Below are positions 18,671 to 29,694 of a stretch of 39,756 nucleotides of DNA, piece by piece; the first letter of the stretch is position 1; each line of letters opens with the position of its first letter. The stretch is from Salisapilia sapeloensis CBS 127946. Taxonomy: Eukaryota; Protista; Oomycota. The DNA lies in contig JAADVB010000176.1 in assembly GCA_023334545.1 (NCBI GenBank), positions 1 to 39,756 on the forward strand. Reading direction: 5' to 3'. A program made the position numbers and the translations under genes. The notes under the pieces are model-generated. The model worked only from the letters and a program-made list of their open reading frames with translations, was not told the origin of the DNA and made no database searches.

Positions 18671-21298
18671 ATGGAAGGCGAGGCGTCTAGAAAAGCCGTA
18701 CCACCAGCATCTTTCACGTCCCCTGAGCCAGACGTGAATGCTGCCAAGAGACCTCGTCACACACTCAGCGGAGGTGACCGGAAGAAACATCCTCAAGGCG
18801 CCAAACGCCGCACGCTCGTGTCGACGCTCGCGCTCGCGCGTACGAAAGCCATTCGTGAAAAAGAAGAAACCTCTGTCCTTCAAGACGTGTCCAACATCCC
18901 ATCAAGTGGTAAACCACCGCTTGGTAAATTGCCTCGAGGGAAGAAACCCAGGTCTGTGCCGACACGCAAGCTGGAGTTTATGACGACACCACAGAAATCG
19001 ACGGACGAAGAGGAAGAAACATCTTCCGTCGTATCCAAGAAGCGTAAAGTGATGCTGTCGTCTTCATCCAGTTCTTCCGAGTCCTCTTCCGAGTCGAGTG
19101 AAGAGGAAGTGGAGTACTCGTCGACTGTATCTACTATAGCAGGCAATTCCAACGTCATCGTGAATGAAGAAGGAGATCTACAGGAACTACGTTTCAAATT
19201 CCGACAGTCCTCCACGGTCTCTTCGATTGCCATATCTCCAAAAGGAGACTTTCTGATCGTTGGATTCGTCGATGGGCACATTTATCTCTATCCACTGACG
19301 CTACCGAACTGTGAAAAGTTCGCTAATGGCGTCGTACTAGATCATATCTCTGCTAAAACGCTGTACACGCAGCTCATGGTCCACGTCGCAGTTCCAGACG
19401 ACGGTAAATTCATCTTTGCTGGTGTCTATCGAGGTTCGAATGAGATCCGAGCGTTCGAAGTGGACAGTATCCAGTTCCCATCAAACTCTTCGTCCTTCGG
19501 TACGACCACGCCGCACTCCACGACGGACGAGAAGGATCATTCAGACCATTACATGGCACATGCAATTCGTCACTCGCATTCGGACGCAAAGTTAAAAGGA
19601 TTTGCAGCAGTTAAAAGCATCATGGACAAGTCGAGTGGAAAGACAAAAGAGTATCGTCTTTTATCCGGTCTCGGCATTAAAAACGTCCACGTCTGGCGTT
19701 TCTTCCAAACGTCCGACGCAAAGTGGAATTGGGAATGCATTTTCGATAAACAGACGAATGGCAATTCGTTGGAAGTCATTACGTTCCATCCGACTGTCGA
19801 CGATCGGATCGTCAGCAAGTCGCGTGATCAAAATATCCGTGTCTGGACGTTGGAAGATGGGGATGGAAATGAACTGGCAAAGAAAAGCCATCGAGATGTT
19901 AAACAGTCGGTTAATGCCTCTTGTGTCTATGGCGATGTGGCGTATGGGGGAGATGAAAGTCTAACGCTCGTCGACTTGCGTTCTTCCTATCAGACAGAAC
20001 TCGATCTTCCTCTTTCTCCGACAGAGCAGCTTCAGGTGCCATCGAGTCAGAGGTACAAAAGCATGCGTAGTCGTCGAATGAACGGGAGACAGGAAGATGG
20101 GAACGCACAGAGGCTCATGCGTGTCGTGAGTCAAGTGGCGAGTCACGAACAAGCTTCTTTCTGTGTCGGTTTGTGCACTGACGGGAGTGTCTTCGCTCAC
20201 TTTCCGACGGAAAGTCTAGGTCTATCAACTCCACTACAGTTCATGGATGGCTACGATCGGTTTTTCCATGACAAGATGCGAAAGCAACAGTTTTCAGACT
20301 TGACGCGTGTAAATGCGACGGGATACTTGACGATCGTGCCGCAATCTCAGTCGATGAAGCATGGATTTAGCAAAGCTGAGCCAAAGTCATTCATTCAAGA
20401 CGATGATAAATGGTTTGTAGTTGCTGCGAATCAAGGACAAGTCCTTGTGAGGTCTTTAAATGCCTTTCGAGAAGGTATTAAGACACCTGTGAAACGAGTT
20501 AAAAAGAGTCGTGTCAAGAAACAGAAGCGAGAGAAGATCGAGACACCGATTAAACCTCCGACTGTCACGGAACGGAAAAAGTATATCGAGTCTCCCATCG
20601 TCTCGGACACTTCATCTCCTGATACGCCCAAGCCACGTCTACCCAAGGAGGTAATTGAGGAGAAGAGTGCTGTCGTCAAGAGTCTCCAGTATCCCACCGC
20701 CGAGACGGACGAGGTAGAGGCTATGGAGTTGGAAGAAGTAGCGTCTCCTATCGCCACTGATGAGCCGGTGGAAGAGACAGTGAAGACACCGAGTCTAGAA
20801 GCTCGTGAGGAGACGGAGGAGTGTAAGGAGCAGGTGGAACCTGTGGCACAGTGTACGTTTACTGGTGTGGAGGGTGAGAATAGTCTGTTGGAAGCTTCCA
20901 TGTTCCAGTACGCGACGACAGACGATGAGGTAGAAGCCACCTCGCAAGGGTCGTCGGTGGATGATTCGGAAGCAGAGTTGATGATGAAGTTTGCATTGGA
21001 AAGTAGACAGTTGGAGCGTAACTTTGCTTATGCGCGTGATCGAGAAGTGCTGAAAAAGGAGAGTTGTATGGCGCAAGGTGGATGGAAAAAGAAGATGGTG
21101 GTGACAGAGCGGCGGATGAAGGAGAAAGATGAGCTGCTACGGCACATGGACGAAAAGTTTGTCGAGCAACGACAGGATATGCAGACTCGACAGCGAATGG
21201 AGGCGGATGCGTTCCGAGCGAGGCAGATGCTGGACATGTACTATGCGCAGCTACGAACACCAGCAAGTGCGTTGGAACGGGTGGAACTACCGTTTTGA
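18671..21298 (+). CDS. Hypothetical WD40/beta-propeller protein with basic/serine-rich N-terminus, acidic linker and C-terminal coiled coil (~875 aa)
   Basis: 2.6 kb ORF; likely ATG at 18671 (MEGEASRK; another in-frame ATG at 18593). WD-like strands TVSSIAISPKGDFLIVGFVDGHIYLY, KNVHVWRF, DQNIRVWTL; basic patch KRVKKSRVKKQKREK; helical E/R/M-rich C-terminus. Confidence 0.8.
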   Translation: MEGEASRKAVPPASFTSPEPDVNAAKRPRHTLSGGDRKKHPQGAKRRTLVSTLALARTKAIREKEETSVLQDVSNIPSSGKPPLGKLPRGKKPRSVPTRKLEFMTTPQKSTDEEEETSSVVSKKRKVMLSSSSSSSESSSESSEEEVEYSSTVSTIAGNSNVIVNEEGDLQELRFKFRQSSTVSSIAISPKGDFLIVGFVDGHIYLYPLTLPNCEKFANGVVLDHISAKTLYTQLMVHVAVPDDGKFIFAGVYRGSNEIRAFEVDSIQFPSNSSSFGTTTPHSTTDEKDHSDHYMAHAIRHSHSDAKLKGFAAVKSIMDKSSGKTKEYRLLSGLGIKNVHVWRFFQTSDAKWNWECIFDKQTNGNSLEVITFHPTVDDRIVSKSRDQNIRVWTLEDGDGNELAKKSHRDVKQSVNASCVYGDVAYGGDESLTLVDLRSSYQTELDLPLSPTEQLQVPSSQRYKSMRSRRMNGRQEDGNAQRLMRVVSQVASHEQASFCVGLCTDGSVFAHFPTESLGLSTPLQFMDGYDRFFHDKMRKQQFSDLTRVNATGYLTIVPQSQSMKHGFSKAEPKSFIQDDDKWFVVAANQGQVLVRSLNAFREGIKTPVKRVKKSRVKKQKREKIETPIKPPTVTERKKYIESPIVSDTSSPDTPKPRLPKEVIEEKSAVVKSLQYPTAETDEVEAMELEEVASPIATDEPVEETVKTPSLEAREETEECKEQVEPVAQCTFTGVEGENSLLEASMFQYATTDDEVEATSQGSSVDDSEAELMMKFALESRQLERNFAYARDREVLKKESCMAQGGWKKKMVVTERRMKEKDELLRHMDEKFVEQRQDMQTRQRMEADAFRARQMLDMYYAQLRTPASALERVELPF

Positions 21299-21343
21299 TA
21301 GACTTTAGCGAAATCTGTTGCTTTGATAATCGTTGTTTCTCGT

Positions 21344-23588
21344 TTACGACATATCTGTCTTGTTATCGTCTTCTAAATCTTCAGCGAGTAGCTGAGTGCA
21401 TACTTGTGCGAGCATCGGTTGCGAGAGTTGGTTGAGTGGTAGAGACATCATGTCCATAGCCATGATTAGCCCATCCTTTCGGCTATGTCCATTGATCGTC
21501 TGCATCTTGGGATACCTCTGGCTGAAATGTGTGAGTACAAGGTGCTTGGCGTTGGCTTCGTCTGCTACTTGAATCGCTTCAGATGTCGTGCTGTGCATCT
21601 TCTTGTGCGCTTCTTCTTCCATATCGTCTTCAAACGTGGCTTCGTGGATAAGTACGTCTGAACCGTTTGCTGCTTGTGCGAATGATGAGCTTGGACGACA
21701 GTCACCAGAGAAGGCAACGGTAAAGTTATGCTGAATGAAGTGGAAGACACCAGCATACGAAAGGTGGCAATGCTTGACACGTACGCATTCGATATTCGCG
21801 ATACCAACTTGCTCTTTTAACATGTCTAGAGCAGCCGTACGTTCATCTACTTCATTGTCCTTTTCGAATAACTTGTTGTCCATGAAAGCGTACGTGCCAG
21901 CGATGGATGTGTCGATAGCAGCGTACTCATCCAACCAGTATCGTAGAGGAGTAGGACCGAGAAGGATGAGCGGGTCTTGGCCAGATCGAAGACTCAAGAG
22001 TCGTAAGAGTCCTAAGTGATGATCTGCATGGTTGTGGGAGATCCAGACGAACTTGAGTCTGGAAATGAGTTCATTAAATTGACTGATGTCTCCGTCCACG
22101 TATCGGAACAGCTGACCAACGCTGCCTTCTCCACAATCCAGCATCATGCCTTTCCAGTCACTATCTGTAGACCCGAGCTGGAGGTACATCCCAGTCACAT
22201 TACGGTATTTGGATGGGATCGCACTGCCTGTACCTAGGAAGATGAGTCTACCATCCATACCGGACGTCGTTTCTACACAAGTGTCCTTCACAGCTGTCAT
22301 GTACTTTGCAACGTCTTGTTCAAGACGGCTAAAGTCTAGTTTGTCCCAGCATTTGGTTGTATCCCATCCATGATGGGCAGTTCGCGTGGCAACGTACTGA
22401 AGAAGACCTTCACCAACGACCATATCCATTTTTTCATCGTCTCCCAAGGACTGAATTTCAATCTTTCGAAGTGCATCTGTTGATCTTGGAACGATTTCGT
22501 TTTCGAGCGATGTAGTAGATGGGAACACATTGGGGAATACATGGTGTAGCTGTGCTTGTAAAGCTGCTGAGGAGCGGTAGACGGATCGAGTCGGACACTC
22601 TGGGATGTTTAGTGCTACGTGGTGGACATTGGCGCCGAAACGTTTGCACCAGGTCATGTAGCGTGGATCGGATAGCACACTTCTATCGCCTAGATGGTAG
22701 ACGACTTCAAGCTGAAGAGGGTTTTCTGCATCAATAGAAGTACGTGTCTGGTATCGCCCGAATCGTTCGTTTTCGATGACGTTAGGGATATCTGCTGGGG
22801 ACGGGCACGCTATAATCGCAATACCAGAAGGAGCGATAGAAGGAGCTAAGCAGTCCTGAGACCGAACAACCGTTCCGTCCACCAATATCACGTCATTTCC
22901 TTTTGCTAACTCACCAAATTGTTTGCCTTTGGGTACACCCAACTTTTTTGCTTTCTCGACGAGAAATTTACCTCGTTGTTGAGGTGTTTCAATGACGTAT
23001 GAGATAAAATTTGTAGAGACAAGTTCCTCATTCTCTTCACGCTTTCGTTTCGTCCCGGGAGAAGGTGATTGGGAAACAGAGCAAGGCATTGCATGGATAG
23101 ATACCTCAGCATCCGAATAAACAGGATTATTGTTTGCGTTGGATACGATGTCATGGGCTTCTAGACCAAAGTCTGGTCTATCGATGACGTGAGATAAACA
23201 GAAATGAAGTTGAGTAAGCACTATATTACCTGTATAGAAAGTGACGCGTTGCATGCAAGTACTTTTTCGTATTGGTTGGTCCATGGATAGTCATGGCTTT
23301 CTTGCCTGTGTCAGAGACCGTCAGGATGAGACCGGGAAGGCCGCCCACGGTCGAAGCTTGTAACTTCGTCAGGAAAACATGCTGCAATTTGGCTAGTCTC
23401 GCTTTATGCTCCATACATAGACGCTGGATGCCATCACCGACGTCAAAGAGGAAGCTAGGATCAAAGACTTAGTGGCTAGGAAGCTGACTGAGACGATAAC
23501 AGAGCTACCGATGCGATTCAGTTGCCACCATTAAGCTAGGAGCCATTTCACCAGAATGAGCACTTAATATTTGTGCTTGGACGACCAT
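21344..23588 (-). CDS. ELAC2: tRNase Z, long form (ELAC2/Trz1); exons 23588-23509, 23454-23230, 23177-21344
   Basis: 54-nt and 52-nt GT-AG introns join MVVQAQIL...HRFLFDVGDGIQRLCMEHK...VGGLPGLILT to the long exon. Motifs: exosite GVPKGKQFGELAKG, GTGSAIPSKYRN, LDCGEG, HNHADHHLG, SGD, HEAT, THFSQRYPK. Confidence 0.95.
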
Positions 23589-23920
23589 GGTAGTGAGTTG
23601 ACTGTAGATTAATGCCGAGAATGTACCTGAGTCCTTCGTATCGAACGGTTTGATGATTTCATGTCCAAGGTTCTTGTCAGACAAAATAAATGAAAGTGTC
23701 ATGTATGGTAACATCTGATGAGGAAGGTTTCTACTACTGCATCGTGAATTTTTGGACGAAGTTGGGAGCACTTATCAAGCAAACTTGTAAGCATATCAAA
23801 GATCGTATACATGCACGTTCAGCAGGGTGCCCACACTTGAAAAAATAGGTTACCACAACTGATATTACTGTTTCAAGTGTAGTGCCACAGTCCAAAATAG
23901 TTCGCATACGACCCAGAGGC

Positions 23921-23967
23921 AATATATATAAATATACATACATATATGTATATACATATGAATATAC
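23921..23967. repeat. Degenerate (TA/CA)-rich low-complexity tract
   Basis: aatatatataaatatacatacatatatgtatatacatatgaatatac. Confidence 0.6.
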
Positions 23968-24104
23968 TGTGATAACAGAGCATGGGATAACGATCCAGAT
24001 AATATTCTGCAGTTTGCCATCGGTTATGACTGAGTTGAATATGATGGTAACCTCGTAGCATGCCAAAGAAAGTGACTGCTGAATGTTAGTTGCGTCCTAA
24101 GAAT

Positions 24105-24996
24105 CTATTTCGCTGTCACACTTAGATATCTCAGACTATGCACTTGATTGCTGTTGTTTCTTATAGACTTGACGTGGGCAGGTCGCACCATCAAGCCATG
24201 CAAAGGTGGACATTCAAAGTAGGTCACACCTTTAACAGTTCCATCGTTTTTCCCATTTCCATTGTCAAGCGCGATGCCAAGGAACTCTCCCTTTGTGTAG
24301 TGAACTGGACCTCGAAACTTTACAGTCTACAGTATACATTAGTTTGGTGCGTCATTTATATTTATTAGCTAGTGTATTCATCCGTACGCCTGTATACGTG
24401 TCATGCACTCGAACCCGAGTATCAATGTCAATATTCTCGTCACTGTCGCTAGAGTATTCGTCTTCGCTTTCTTCATCCAAGTCAAAAATATGTCTGGCAA
24501 TTGATGGATCGACAAATGCTTCTTCAAAGCTAGTCATGTCATCAAAGAAGTCATCCTGATTCGAGATAAAAGGTGACATAAATGTATCCTCGTCGACACT
24601 CTGCATCAACTCTTCGTTCATTTCATGAAGAAATGATGAAAATGCTGACATGCCCATTCTGTCGTTTTTACCTGCTGAATCAAAGAATGGCATGGAGCTA
24701 TCAACGCAGCGAAAGAGCATGTCGAACATAGCTAGCATTTCTTCTAAAGATTCGCCCATGTCCATCTCGTCCGCGAAGGCCTCTTCCTCGAATATCGAGG
24801 TATTCCCTTCCAAATTATCACATACATGCTTGTACGCCGACGAGATGACTTGAAAGTTTTTGGTGGCATCCGGACTTTTATTCTTGTCAGGATGGTACTT
24901 TAAAGCGAGTGTCTTGTATGCTGCTTTGACTTCTTCCAATGCAGCGCCTGGGGCCACCCCAAGCGTCCTGTAGGCATCCAGTAAGCCTCCCTCCAT
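24105..24996 (-). CDS. J-domain (DnaJ/Hsp40-type) protein with a C-terminal CAP-Gly domain; exons 24996-24388 and 24326-24105 (~276 aa)
   Basis: J-domain AYRTLGV...VKAAYKTLALKYHPDKNK...FQVISSAYKHV with HPD; acidic linker. A 61-nt phase-0 intron GTACGG...ACTAAT...TAG (24387-24327) joins DTRVRVHDTYTG to TVKFRGPVHYTKGEFLGIALDNGNGKNDGTVKGVTYFECPPLHGLMVRP (CAP-Gly, GKNDG motif). Confidence 0.9.
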
Positions 24997-25321
24997 TTGT
25001 AAGTGTCAGAGGACGGTTTAAAGTGTCTGCACAGCTTATAGGATAGTTAAAGCGACCTTTAAGATATCAATATTTGAATCTACTACGTATAAAAAAGGCC
25101 TTCGTCAATCTTAATGGAAATACGGAAGGACAGCAGTGAGTGGCAAACTACTCTGTGTGTGCAAATAAACGTAGAAGAGAAAGCGTAGCAAAGGCAAAAG
25201 AGAATTACAGTATTCTTTCCTTTCAAATCCTAATCCTTTCCTCGTAATTTAAGACTTCATGCTCCTTTCTAGCGCATTTGTCGATCGATAACGTGAAGGA
25301 GATTGCTCATCTGAATCCGTC

Positions 25322-25648
<327 letters not shown>

Positions 25649-25928
25649 TCATGCGTAAATCTGGTGCTCACGATTTATTTGCTAATCGAACCAATGAAAT
25701 TAATGTATTTACGTAATACAGATGATTTAGGTGCATTTAAAGGAAATGAAACGGATAAGCGATCAAAGAGCTGATTGCTTCATAGATAATTGAAGAGGCG
25801 GGCCCAGTGCCCTTTGGCAAGCGCCTGTTCATCGTAAATGGACATCGTTTCAATAACGTGCAGGCTATATTTAATTGAAACTAAGTAGATAACAAAGTTG
25901 CCATTGAAATGTTCAATCTTTATAAAGT

Positions 25929-28916
25929 TTATAAGATATGACTTAGAATGCGTTTGGTTTCTTCTAATTCGCGATCAAATGACTGCGTGTGCTCCTTCTC
26001 GAGCGTGCAAACGGCGAACTGGAATGAGGAGCAGTCGCCACTTCGGAAGGCGATCGATGGAGAATAGATCCGATTCTTTGTCGAGCTAGTAGTAGCAAGA
26101 TGTAAACACGCAATCTTACGTCTCATTGAAGCTGCATACGTACGACAGGGCAATGGGGTATAGAGATGGTGGGGTGGCAACTGGATTGAGTCCGGTAAGT
26201 CGTGGGATGTCGTGACTGTACGCAGAGATCTAACATTTGAATTCGAATCAGCAAGAAATCGATACCTTGTACCTATATCTTTCGTACATGAGTGTGCGTC
26301 AATAGATCCCACACACGTAGGCTTCCATCTGAATACGAAGCGTAGAATACACTCGGACGGCATCTTGACCATTGCACAGTGCATACGCTTTCACCAAACT
26401 CTGCTTCGCTCCAGCAAGTTAAGCACACACTTCTGTCAGATCGATACAAACTGTTGAACATAGAGTATAAATCGTGTCACTTCACGGTATAGAGGAAGAG
26501 CATACGTACCAGACCATTCCATCGGAGTATCCAGCTAGAAAATAAATCGAGTCGAACGGATGAAAGTCGATCGTAGTAACTCCACTGGAATCTGACAGCG
26601 TGGTGTTTTCACATCGTCGGTACTCCAAAGTCGTAGCTTTTGAATTGTTTCGAAATCGATGACCTCGAAGTAGTCGTCCAGTGTTGGTGCCGACGACAAA
26701 TCTAAAGCAGCATATAGTTAATGTTGCATTAACCATATGCGTAACAAAGTATCATACTGGTTCGAATCGGTAGGAAAGAAGCGTAGTAAGGACGCTATCG
26801 AACCAACAGATTGTTCCGGATCATCAGACTTGGACTGTCTGCTACCAGATTGCTTAGTCACTTTCAATCGTGTCAAGGCAGTCGACGTCAGACAATGGTG
26901 ATTAACGTCAATGATAGCATTCATGATCATCTTGACACATCCACCAATTTCAACACACTTGTCGGATGTCAGTGCATCTGCTGTCTTTTCAAATTCAATG
27001 AGGCTCCAGATGATGACTATGCCTCGATCATCCAGAGATCCAAACTGGAAACTAACCATATCATTCTGCCGCGAGTTACCACTCGTTGCCTGAAACCTAG
27101 AAAAGGTTTCCATGCTCACAATCGAAGACGAATGTTGTGCAGCTGAATTCGCATCGAGTGCGCAAGTAGAGTAACTGGGTAGACGAAAGATGATTTGATC
27201 CTCTACTTTTTTATTTTCAACGGATGTTGATGTCGATGGACCATGAAAGGAGCGGTTCTGGCGCAAATCCCACACATGAATGCTTCCATCATCAGTCCCC
27301 GTGAGAATGAATAGCTCTCGAAGTGGACTGATACAACTAGCAGACGTTATGCCTTCACTTTTTAAAACATGAAAGACAGAATCCAATTGATTCATATCCC
27401 AAACGCAAGATATTGACTTGTCCTTCCACATTCGTATCGTTGGATACTCGTTTTCTTTCTCCTCCACGCTCGTTTGTGGGCCATAGCAAGCTACTAAAAT
27501 GTTGGAAACCTCAGTAGCAAATTGCAAGCTGCATAGATCTCGACCTGTTAATAAGCTTTCAATTAACTCGTCATTCATCTTCTTGTTCGGTAACGTCTGA
27601 AGTTTCATCATGGAGTTAATGCTAGAGATGCTCGTTCGAGTACTATCTCGTGTAGTATCCAAGCTACTGTTATCCATGGAACAATTGTTTTCTGCAAGTA
27701 GTTCACATACTTGAGATGCCATATCAAGGAACCGAAAGAAGCGTCCAGTAGAGTTCTGGTTTGATTTCACATCGTCCGAAGAGTTCTCATTCGTAGCATC
27801 TAAGCCAACGTCGTCTGGGAAATGCATGCTCTTGTCTTTACATTGAGGCTGATAGGTCTGTGTCCCTGAACTCTTGGCATTATCATTCGTTTGAGCAAAG
27901 GTTTGTCGAAGTCTGCCTCGACGCAATCGATTCATGTATTTGTCTAGATCGGATTGAGGAGCTTGCTGATAAAGATGAAACTTTTCCACCTCCATCTTGC
28001 GAGTTTCAAGTATCGATCGTACGCGCTTCGCTCGAGGATCAAGAGACTGCTTCAGTCCCGCAATCGAATGTGAAATAGAACTTGATCGTGCTTTCGGTTC
28101 ACTCACTCGTTTCTCTGAAGGCTGGTCGTTGGAAACTGGAAGTTTGCTCGAAGAATGCATCTGCTGTAACTCTTTCGTTTCGGCCTGCTGTGCATACCTT
28201 ACTTTTTGGAGTGCTGCTGTATCAACAGAAGATTGCTGCGTTTGTTTATTTATGCTGGATGTCGAAGGCTCATCTGAAGGCGGCTCTTCAAAGTCATCAG
28301 CGTAGTCTTCAAAGTCGTCGTCGCCGTACTCGTTCTGATCATCGTCATCGGGTTCTTCCTGGCATTCTTCAGCGTTGGCGTTTAACTCTGCGAGTTCCTG
28401 TTGTCTTCGTATTTCACGCTGTCGTTGTTCCTCTCGACGCCGTTCTTCCTCACGCTCCTGGTTCAGCCGTTCTTCTCGTTTTCGAGCCTCCTCCTTTTCC
28501 TTGGCACGCTGTCGTTTTGCCTCTTTCTTTGCAATCGCCTCTGCTTCTTTTGCTGGATCAACAGGTTCTTTGCCTGGAGCCACAGCTTGAGGGTGTTGGG
28601 TATCTGATGCGATTCTAGGGCCTGCGTCTTCGGGGTTTCCAGATGACTTTTTTTTGGATGCCCGAGGCTTGGACTGGCGAGAAGTGCCAGGCCCATCATT
28701 GCTAGCGGCAGGCTTCGGTTCTGCCAGCTGTATGCGCGGTATTTCGTGCAGTTTGGGGACGGGCGAGCTGGAGGTCGATAGCTGTGAAACAGGTCCAAGA
28801 GATGGCACAGTAGGACTTGGATCAGATGGTGGGGCAGATAGCTTGGCTGATTTCTTGCTACTCGGTTTCTTGCGAGTAGATTCGCCTGCATCGGCCTGTG
28901 GTTTAGGCTCTGCCAT
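25929..28916 (-). CDS. WDR60: Dynein-2 (IFT dynein) intermediate chain WDR60/DYNC2I1/FAP163-like; first exon 28916-26758, then 26701-26510, 26450-26288 and two further 3' exons ending at 25929
   Basis: Charged coiled coil, acidic DDDDQNEYGDDDFEDYADDFEE, KFHLYQQAPQSDLDKY, QTFAQTNDNAKSSGTQT, WD repeats (LTGTDDGSIHVWDLR, GSLDDRGIVIIWSLIE, YASYSDGSLRVWDLL). Introns of 56, 59 and 58 nt (26757-26702, 26509-26451, 26287-26230) keep the frame; the last junction is less certain. Confidence 0.82.
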
Positions 28917-29694
28917 TTTTGGTATAGGTAGTAGACAAGAGATGAAGAGACACAATAAAATCTATTCCAAATCGTTTTAGTAGGGTCTAAAAGCGGAATT
29001 GAAGTAAGGTGGAAGTTTGCCACATTACACTCTGCATATATCCTTCCAAGATCACGCTGGACGATCCTTCGGCACCAGCCGAAAATTTGGTATGACGTCA
29101 CCTTGCTCACCCTCTTTTATTAGCTAGAAGAAAGCTCAACTGTCTCAAAGGATACTTGTATAAGCTAGCGACAAGCATCCCGATCGTCAGCGCGTAGAGC
29201 CTGTCGAGACATTTGGTGCGGACCGTGCCTCTCTGAAACGCCTGTTAACCGGCAATGGCATTCTGTGCAGCTACGATCCTGCGTTCGACGATATCTTGTG
29301 TAATGGCTACAATATATGAAGCGCCTACTGGACTGACTGCTTTCCATCTACAAGACTCGACCAAATTTTCACGCCGCCTGTCAGCAAAGACACTCTCTCG
29401 ACAGGATACTTTGCCACGTCCAAATCGAATTCCGAGCGTCCTTTCTGATCGAAACCTTGCCAAGTCGTTGAAAAGCATCTGTTGCAACCTTTTAATCGAA
29501 ACCCTACGTCTACACCAATCACATGCGCTAAGTGGTACGTGGTCCCGTCTCTCGCTCCATGTATCTTCGTGTTTGTATCTGCATAGACGAACTAAGTTAA
29601 CTGGATCAGAGCGCGAGACTGCGCTTTATTCGCGATTTCTCCGCCGCCCTGCGAAGCCTCCTCCGACCACTAGCTCCACCAGTGTCTAGCAGTC

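Noticed and set aside
23833-23880. 10-bp inverted repeat ACACTTGAAA...TTTCAAGTGT
   Set aside because: Short, with no snoRNA boxes, transposon ends or target-site duplication; expected by chance in AT-rich spacer DNA.
24352-24996. 214-aa DnaJ ORF as given in the track
   Set aside because: Its C-terminus (VRMNTLANKYK*) is intron read-through; superseded by the spliced J-CAP-Gly model.
28463-29110. 215-aa minus-strand ORF overlapping the WDR60 5' end
   Set aside because: Alternative frame of the WDR60 exon extending into the promoter; no independent features.
29255-29689. 144-aa ORF ending 5 bp before the PDR start
   Set aside because: No recognisable motif or composition; lies in the WDR60/PDR divergent promoter and 5' UTR. 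Could at most be a uORF.
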